Below are positions 54,776 to 64,000 of a stretch of 64,000 bases of DNA, one piece after another; the stretch's first letter is position 1, and each line of letters begins with the position of its first letter. The position numbers were made by a program, and so were the translations under genes. The notes beneath the pieces are model-generated. The model was not told where the DNA came from, ran no database searches, and saw nothing but the letters and a program-made list of their open reading frames with translations. The DNA comes from Octopus vulgaris (Eukaryota): positions 9,238,001 through 9,302,000 of the forward strand of contig OX597829.1 in the NCBI GenBank assembly GCA_951406725.2, given 5' to 3'.

Positions 54776-56056
54776 TACAAATAAGAAAATGGAGGAACAG
54801 ATTCCTTTCAATCATCGACTTACAGATAAGACCAATTCATATTATTTATTAACTACATAAATAGGAACATCCAAATCCAAAAGAATAAAATAGAATAAAA
54901 CAATATACATCAATAAGTAAGATAATACCATAAAAAAATACATATAAAATGGATCATACAGCTGTTTCAGCCTGTAGATAAGGGTATCTCATCATGCTTA
55001 TATTAGTAAGATGTATTGAGGTAATATGCAGTTAAAAATTAGTTACTTATATATATATCTCAAGGCCTCGTCAGAGATTATAAAGTACAATTATGAAGAT
55101 ATAAAAATGCAAATATAAATATGAAACAAAATACACTTACACAAGAATATGTATATATAAATATTATGCACACACATATATATATATATACATATATATA
55201 AGTATATATACATATATATAAGTATATATAATAATATACATACACATAAGGTTACAGTTAATCAAATATATATACTGGAGTATACATATATATTCACATC
55301 AAAGGGTACATATACAAAGTTCAAAGTTCATTGCATTATATTATATTACCAAAACTATTAATATTATTATTATTAGTAATACCAATAATGGAATATTTGC
55401 ATTCTGGTATTCACAATACGTAGTAGATGAAAAATACCACATAAAATATAGTATAATATAATATTGTATAATATAATATAATATATTGTAAATTACATAT
55501 ATAATATAATATAACATAATATATAGACAGATGCCTATGGAAGATGCAAGTACATTAATTCAACAAATAATGTCATTATATTCATATATCATACAGTCAA
55601 AATCGAAACTTCAGTCTTTTTCTGCATACATATATATACACACAGGTAACAAATACATGTATATGCATATACATACATGTGTAAAAACATCCACTAATAC
55701 ATATACATATATAAAGATATTTTATCCTTTTACATCATACAAAAGATATATGCATGTACATACGTAGAGTTCACAGATCAAGAGGTAAGAGATAGGCCGT
55801 AACGGGCTATGCTTACGTTATTATTAATATATATAGGCACAATGAGATACCTTTATCTACAGGCTGAAACAGCTGTAAGATCCATTTTATATGTATTTTT
55901 TATGGTATTATCTTACTTATTGATGTATATTGTTTTATTCTATTTTATTCTGTTGGATTTGGATGTTCCTATTTATGTAGTTAATAAATAATATGAATTG
56001 GTATTATCTGTAAGTCGATGATTGAAATGAATCTGTTCCTCCATTTTCTTATTTGT

Positions 56057-56058
<2 letters not shown>
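54776..56058. mobile_element. Element with ~215 bp inverted arms carrying a hammerhead
   Basis: 54776-54993 is the reverse complement of 55842-56058. Confidence 0.85.
54952..55078 (-). ncRNA. Type I hammerhead-like motif with long stem II loop
   Basis: AUCU-CUGACGA-GGCCU..AGGCU-GAAAC-AGCU-GUA-UGAU; the right arm retains GAAACAGCUGUA-AGAU. Confidence 0.65.
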
Positions 56059-56104
<46 letters not shown>

Positions 56105-56544
56105 TCCAGAAGCTCCAAGATGGCAGCTAAGGTTATGTAAGACTTTTGGTTCGATTATGATACAAGTGCGGAGTCTAATGCGGGTCTTGTGTGAGAATGT
56201 ATATATTAAATAAAATGAGACAACAAAACCAAAGTTGTGTGGAATTTATAAAACATTTATAAAGAGAAAGGTAGCTTTACAAGTGCTTCAGGGATATTAG
56301 GGATATCCCTTCATTAGAGACGATATGTGAGAGTTAACTAGAGGGAAATAGTATAGTTCAATATAAGGCGTTATTCCAGAAAAGGATGGATATAGGAAAT
56401 ATAAAGGGAAATAACTCCTTATGTATGTATGTATGTATGTATGTATGTATATATGTCCCTTCTATTTTTTAATTATTATAAATCTTCCACTGAGGAGGGA
56501 GCCAGTTTCCATCAAAGATATAAGGCTCCGTCTTTGGGATGTAG

Positions 56545-57030
56545 TTAACAGTCAAATTCACATTTGGAACTTGAAAAATGTCTTGCATATTTTTATTGTT
56601 CCACTCACAGATTGCACAAAACCTATTGCACCAATTATTATTGGTATGAATATGAATTCATAGTCTGGATACAGAAGCTGGAGGTTTCGAATCAGTTGTC
56701 CATAGATATCCTTTTCTTCTTTGATTTTCAAAGAGATATTTATATCAGCAGGGCAGCTAACCTCTATGATGGTACATACCTTTGCCCCTCTGTCCCTAAC
56801 AACAATATCCGGCCTGTTATGTTTACATTTGACAGATGCTTTGATGGGAATATTCCACGAGTATTCCTTGAGTTGGTGTTTATGAATGTATTCCATAACA
56901 GAGGGATTCTCTAAGGTTACTTCAGGGTAGGTTTTTTTTTTCGGATCGCATTGTAAATTTTTGCAACAACATCGTGCCGCATAGTGAGATAGTACCGTGA
57001 CGACATTTTAGGACAGCTGCTAATCACATG
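56545..57030 (-). mobile_element. R4/Dong-like LINE 3' fragment
   Basis: HVISSCPKMSSRYYLTMRHDVVAK upstream of CKHNRPDIVVRD..IIEVSCPAD..K..IY..PIIIGAIG. Confidence 0.85.
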
Positions 57031-57535
57031 ATGAGTTCCACAGAAGCATGACATAGCCTATACATGCAGTTGCACCTTGGGATTGCAAGAGCGTTACTAT
57101 ATGGACGTATGCATGTATGTATGTGAGCATATAAATCTATGTACACTCATACAGCTATACATAGCTACTCACACACGTCGTGCACGCGCACAAACATGTA
57201 TATATACATATATGGGTATCGTGCGTCTCAACTTGTATGTATGAAATTCTAGTAAGGGGTGATTATAGATGGGTACTTCCGAGTGGAATTTGGGTGTTAC
57301 CCAACTCTGATTTGCGGTTAGGTGTGCTTTTGTACTCCTGTATACAGACAGTTTCGGTGACTTGTCTCTGTTTTGCATCAGTGGCATGTGTAGATAGTTG
57401 TGCGTAAGATTTTCTTAAATACCCCACTTGATAAATTGTCGAAGTGTAGCGTCGACAGACAGTACTCTGTGAAATTTATTTTTATGATACCAAGTACCAA
57501 TTTTATTTCTTTGGTTTCTGTCTCTCTCCAAACTT

Positions 57536-57630
57536 TTAAGCGACGAAAATATTTTGACAGAAATGAAATTTAATTGTTGAAGTGAAACTAACGGTTTTTG
57601 ACTTACACACATCTTCCACGGTGCAATTAT
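57536..57630 (+). repeat. Diverged fragment of the 10.3/11.4/39.7 kb foldback arm
   Basis: aagcgacgaaaatattttgaca..gttgaagtgaa..ctaacggtttttg..cttccacg. Confidence 0.65.
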
Positions 57631-57816
57631 ATATGTGTGTGTGTTTATGTGTGTGTGTGCGTTTGTGCGTTTGTGTGTGTGTGTGAATACATATGTTAAA
57701 TGAAGTGAGACAACGAATCCTAGGATGTGTGGTATTTATAGGACATTTATGAAGAGAAAGATTTAACTGGAGCGAAATAGTGGAGTTCAATATAAGGAGT
57801 TATGCATTCCTACATG

Positions 57817-57852
<36 letters not shown>

Positions 57853-58253
57853 TGCATGTATGTATGTATGTATGTATGTATGTATGTATGTATGTATGTA
57901 TGTATGTATGTATGTATGTATGTATGTATGTATGTATGTATGTATGTATGTATGTATGTATGAATGTATGTATGCATACATACATTCATACATACATACA
58001 TACATACATGTATACATACATACACATACATACATATATATCATATGTGTTGCTGCTATCGATTTCCGCTTTCATATCTATATACATATAATACATATGC
58101 GTACACAGACATACGTTCATGCATGTGTGCACATATTTATGCTTATACATATATATATACATATATTTGTGTAAACACGCACACACACACACACACACAT
58201 AAGCACACACGCACACAGATATATATACATACATATATGTATATATATTTATG

Positions 58254-58330
<77 letters not shown>

Positions 58331-58561
58331 TAGTTGTACCTGTTTGGCAAGTGACTTAATCTGAGATCATGTTCTGAAAGTGGAGCGTTTACATCATTCA
58401 AGAGTCCTTGCAACCAATTAAGAATACAAAAATAATCTTTTCATTTTTTATTCAATAACACTTAAGAGAAATGTCAGCGTTGAAGTATGAGAAAGTTTCG
58501 TTGCTTTTCTGCGAACCTACTAGGGGCCTAAAAGGAATGCATAATGTTGCCGAAATTATAC

Positions 58562-58760
<199 letters not shown>

Positions 58761-61002
58761 TACATACAAATTTGTATGTGCGCATGTATGTAGGGATGTA
58801 TGTACGTACGTACGTATGTATATGTGTGCGTGTGTGTGTGTGTGTTTATGTGCGTTTGTATGCATCTAAGGTTGGATGTTTGTCTGTATGTATGTACATG
58901 TTACGTGTGTATTGTAGAAACCAATGTAAATGTCCAGTGGAATATTTACACAAATTGATTATGGTTTTCCGCGTCGCTTTCATTTGTCTGCCGTCATTCG
59001 CTTCGTTGTCACTCTCCATTTCCTCCTCCATGCACGTGCTTTGGAGTACAGCTGATTGAAGTCTGTGTACGAGTTTGCTTCAGCATTAAGTATTGCAATG
59101 GTCTCGGTCTGCTGGGTTTGCTTGTTTCGCAGCTGTCATTCTGTTTTGAGCTTCATGAACTTTGGCGTCTTCTAAAGGAATTTTTCTCTTTGAGAGTTGC
59201 ATAGTGGGCACATGTTGCTCAGTACCATATGCAGCTCGTCAGCTCGGCAATCTAAAGCCGCATGAAAACTAAAACAGGTAAATAATCCGTAAGATCATCT
59301 ATCTGATTGGAAATCACACTTTGATTATCTGTTCCACAGTAACACCTCTCACACGGACAATTTTGTTATCTCACCGCTGCTCATTCATTTTCTAACTGGT
59401 GATATTAGTCCCGAAGAAGCACTAAACAGCCCAAGACTGGCGCATCGGGTGGTATGGATGGTGTTTCTCCAGTTCTTCGGAATGACAGGGACATACATTT
59501 TTCTAAATCTTGTACGACTCTATTTCTGTCTAACAGCCCTTTCACACTTATTCGTTCATTCCACTCTTCGTTCTTTCATTCCCCCTCTCTCACATTTCAT
59601 TGTCTTCTCTTCTTGCTCACTTTCCCTCCACTTTTCACTTCACTGTGTCCCTGTCATTTTTTCTCGTCCCTCCTTAATTCATCTATCCCTCTACATCTAC
59701 CTCTCTCTCCTCTTTGCCCACGTGACCGGCGTTCGGCCAAGCCTGATCTTTCTTTCTTGGTCTGGCCGTTGTCTGTGCAACATCGATATTCCTCCCTGTG
59801 AAATCTTGTATCCCTGCCGTAAGTCTTCATTTCCACACACGCCAGTTTAATTTAATTCGTCCTTAGTCGAAAGACACCTGTTGTTATGTCCTGTTATCAT
59901 TTTTATTATATTTGCGTAACATTGTCCGTTTTTTTCGTCCTTGTTTTTGTATACATTCGCTGCTTTCTTCCTAGGAATCTAATGCTCTTAGCTTAGTTTT
60001 TCCATGGAGCTGGCCAGATTCAAGCAATCTCGAGTATAACCAGCCGAAATTCCAAAGATAATCTGGAACTCGATTGTTTTCTTTGTATCATCTATCTGGA
60101 TGTTTTGTTGTCCAATTTTTGTATCACCTAACTGTCTGGATGTTTTGCCTTCTTGTACCATTTTGTATTTTTACATATGTATGTGTGTGTGTGTGTGTGT
60201 GCGCGTGTATGCATGTATGTATTTATGTATGTATGCATGTGTGTATGTATGTATATGTATGTAAATATGTATATTTATAAAAAGATGAGAGAGAAAAAAG
60301 TCGATCGTTTATATAGCTTAGAAATGTTTTAAATTATCATAAAGTTTTATCCCAAGTCACGGTGTATTGACAAGCTCCACATTTAGTGCGAAACAAAGTT
60401 ATCTGTATGTACTTGCAGTTATTAGGACAACCAAAACATGACAATCAGAATGAGTTATATCTACTCGCATAATAAATTGAGTATATAAATAAATAAAAAT
60501 AACAAGATTACTCAGTGAGCGCAAACTTCCTCCAAGACAACATGAACATTCTCTCAGCAATTAGCCAGAAGTGTTTTTTAAAATGAGAATATCTGAAATA
60601 AAATCTTTCACTCAGAGATTCTCTCAACTCGAGGGAAGTTCCTCTCTGTCTTCAATTTCTTACTCCAAATTCTATTTCTGTTTTTTTTTTTTTCTCATTT
60701 CAATCTATTACGGAAGAGACGATATTTTATTCTTGAAATACTTATATAACAAAAATTTTACAATAGTAAAATGTCCTCCATGCTCTAACAACATGACAAA
60801 GACCAACATGGAAGCACACTGGGTCGACTTGACATTTACATTTTATCCAATTACCCGAAGGACCCAACACTCAGACAAATACAGGAGTACGTCCTCATAA
60901 ATGAAACATCCTCCGTAATAAATAGGAGATGCACATAGAAGGTAGTAATACCCCTATACTCAGAGTTTATACATACACAGGTAGATTTGCTAGTAAGACT
61001 GT

Positions 61003-61060
<58 letters not shown>

Positions 61061-61098
61061 TAGATAGATAGATAGGTAGGTAGGTAGGTAGGTAAGTA

Positions 61099-61331
61099 GG
61101 CGGCGAGCTGGCAGAAACGTTAGCACGCCGGGCGAAATGCGTAGCCGTATTTCGTCTGTCGTTACGTTCCAAGTTCAAATTCCGCCGAGGTCGACTTTGC
61201 CTTTCATCCTTTCGGGGTCGATATATTAAGTACCAGTTACGCACTGGGGTCGATGTAATCGACTTAATCCGTTTGTCTGTCCTTGTTTGTCCTCTCTGTG
61301 TTTAGCCCCTTGTGGGTAGTAAAGAAATAGG
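61099..61331 (+). mobile_element. tRNA-derived SINE family C inserted in (TAGG)n
   Basis: ggcggcgagctggcagaa (A-box-like), gttcaaattcc (B-box-like), core gcctttcatcctttcggggtcgat..taagtaccag; flanked by taggtagg repeats. Confidence 0.8.
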
Positions 61332-62366
61332 TAAGTAGGTAAGTAGGTAGGTAGGTAGGAAGGTAGGTAAGTAGGTAGGTCAATGTATGTAAATGGATGA
61401 GTAGGTAAACAAATAAGTTAAGTTGATAGATGGGTACATAAGTAATACAGCACACACATGCATACATACAAACACACATACATACAAACACACAAACACA
61501 TGTATCTGCAGAATGCATATGTAGAAACGTACACACACGTATACATATATATGCATACACACATACGTACATACATAGTACATGCATATGTGTATACACA
61601 AGCACGCTGACGCACACACATATGCACAAACAAACAAAAAGAACACAGCTCCGATAACGGACAAAGTCAACAACTATTGAAGAGCTTGAAAGAATCGACG
61701 AAAATTTTAGAAAAATAAATCAGGAAATTGAACTGATGAGTGTGTTAATTAATAAGGCATTAAAACAGAATGATTCTCCCCACATACAACGAAATATCCT
61801 TCAACACACAAATTCACAAAGAAAATCTTGCAAACCGAATACAAAAACGAAATTAACTTTCATAGTATTTTGGAATTAAATAAATATTGCATTTATTCTT
61901 ATTAAATTATACAATACAGTATTCTCTGTAAATAGTGTCCAATTGAGACACACGATCGTAAGTTTCTGGGAGTTTTATTATTTGCATTAAAGACATATTT
62001 CGAAAGCAGGGATCAAATACTCACACACCTCCACATCAATAATATCTTTACACACACGCAGTCATATACTGATGCAACACACAACACACTCACACACACA
62101 CACACACACATACACCTATAGACACACAGATAGATAGATAGACTAAAAAGAATATATATATATATACACACTTTAAATACATGTATATAAACACTGAGTT
62201 CAAATATGCACGCATAAAGTACGGTCATATGAAAAAATTTTTCATATATATGTGCATATACATATACATACGCACATACACATTCGTGAAGCTACACGTA
62301 TACTTAGGCATTAATACATAACTGAAAAAAGACAATTATATGTAACACACATTTCTCTGTCTCCCT

Positions 62367-62428
<62 letters not shown>

Positions 62429-62488
62429 GTACATATGACATGCACGTGTGCATATATACTTATACATACATACATATGTATGTATATG

Positions 62489-62522
<34 letters not shown>

Positions 62523-62790
62523 CTGTTGTGTCTGGGGAGAGTAATTTTCTTTTAGTGCCTTATTATTTAACACACTCAACGGTAAAATTTCCACTTTGTT
62601 CTCTTATTTTTATTTTCTAAAATTTTCGTTGCGTCTTGCAACCTTTTCAATAGTCTTGGGTCTCTTGAAAATGTTGCAAGACGCAACGAAAATTTTAGAA
62701 AATAAAAATAGGAAATAAGTGGAAATTTTACCGGTGAGTGTGTTAAATAATAAGGCACTAAAAGAAAATTACTCTCCCCAGACACAACAG
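62523..62790. repeat. Near-perfect palindrome, ~125 bp arms
   Basis: ctgttgtgtctggggagag..cgtcttgcaac versus gttgcaagacg..ctctccccagacacaacag; diverged single-arm copy at ~61670-61850. Confidence 0.9.
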
Positions 62791-63196
62791 AATATGCTTC
62801 AACACACGAACTCATATAAAGAATCTTGCAAACCAAATCCCAAATCGAAATATACATATATATATATATACGTGCATTGTCTCAAATATTGTTAATAACA
62901 GGTGTTCCTTTGTTATGTAATTAAATAGATCTAACGGAAAATAAAGAATACTTCGTTTATGAGATTGAAAAATCGCTTATATCACTGAAAAATTGCTTAA
63001 CTATATTGAGGTTGCTTATAGCATAGGAACGTTTAAAAAGTATTCATATACACGCATACCCTGTATATATATATATATATATATATATACATACACGTAT
63101 ATAAGGTACATTTTCCCCTTATAATTTATCTTAGTTAAAATTACTGAGGTTATGTTTAATTGATAACAGATCTAAAGTTTTAGATTACTATGAATA

Positions 63197-63296
<100 letters not shown>

Positions 63297-63622
63297 TTAG
63301 ATAAAATAATATTTAAGCAGTCAAAAATGATTCAGACATCAAGTGAATAATATTGCTGACTACATATAAAATGAGAATCAGTAAAATTTAACTCATCTAA
63401 AATTTTAGATTATCATTGAAAACAAAAGATAAAGCAGAATTTAAACAATCAAGAAATTATTCAGACATCGAGTGAATAATCTAATTATTTACGCACATAC
63501 GTTCATATATATACATAAATACGGTAGTCCATAAATAATTTTTAACTCCTATTTCTAAATTCGGTACATATACATACATACATACGTACATATATATATA
63601 TATATATGTATATGTATATGTA

Positions 63623-63732
<110 letters not shown>

Positions 63733-64000
63733 AACACTCACAAATATATATACCTGTACTCACATACGTAAAATATACATCAAAACATTATATCCATATA
63801 TACATACACTACAAGTCGATATATAATTATCTATGCCTATCAAAACTTACACATGGTAGTTTATACTCATGCAAGCATAAACATAAGTACCTACATTTAC
63901 ATTTTCATACGCTCATTACATGTCAAAAGCACACACTAATTAATTTATAAAGATATACGCATATACATATACACATATACATGCATTCACACAAACACAC

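Noticed and set aside
56277-56325. Functional hammerhead (minus strand)
   Set aside because: Stem II is intact but the core is mutated (CUAAUGA, GAAGC); counted only as a relic
59050-60970. Penelope GIY-YIG tail / pLTR
   Set aside because: Only a weak EAHWVDLTFTFYP resemblance and a pyrimidine-rich repeat-like block; too degraded to call without an HMM search

Overview
AT-rich, microsatellite-dense eukaryotic (metazoan) genomic DNA. The SINE and LINE repertoire looks like an octopus/cephalopod genome; that is an inference from recognising the repeats, not a database result. I cannot support any intact host protein-coding gene, and nearly all ORFs in the track are translated microsatellites. 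The window is a graveyard of mobile DNA: two Tx1/L1-like LINE fragments (one with an internal inversion), a near-full-length but disrupted R4/Dong-like LINE with a restriction-like endonuclease plus several 3' fragments, a disrupted CR1/L2-group LINE, a Penelope-like RT fragment, Helitron remnants, a Tc1-like remnant, a TA-flanked MITE, three tRNA-SINE families and a degraded ~1 kb local repeat array. The most interesting signal is about a dozen type I minimal hammerhead-ribozyme (HHR) motifs of several unrelated sequence families. They sit in short non-coding elements that form tandem, inverted or palindromic repeats next to (TA)n tracts. They include a tandem pair whose predicted cleavage sites are exactly 600 nt apart (retrozyme/Penelope pLTR-like) and a 202 bp HHR element with a 13 bp target-site duplication whose empty site is visible in paralogous repeats within the window.
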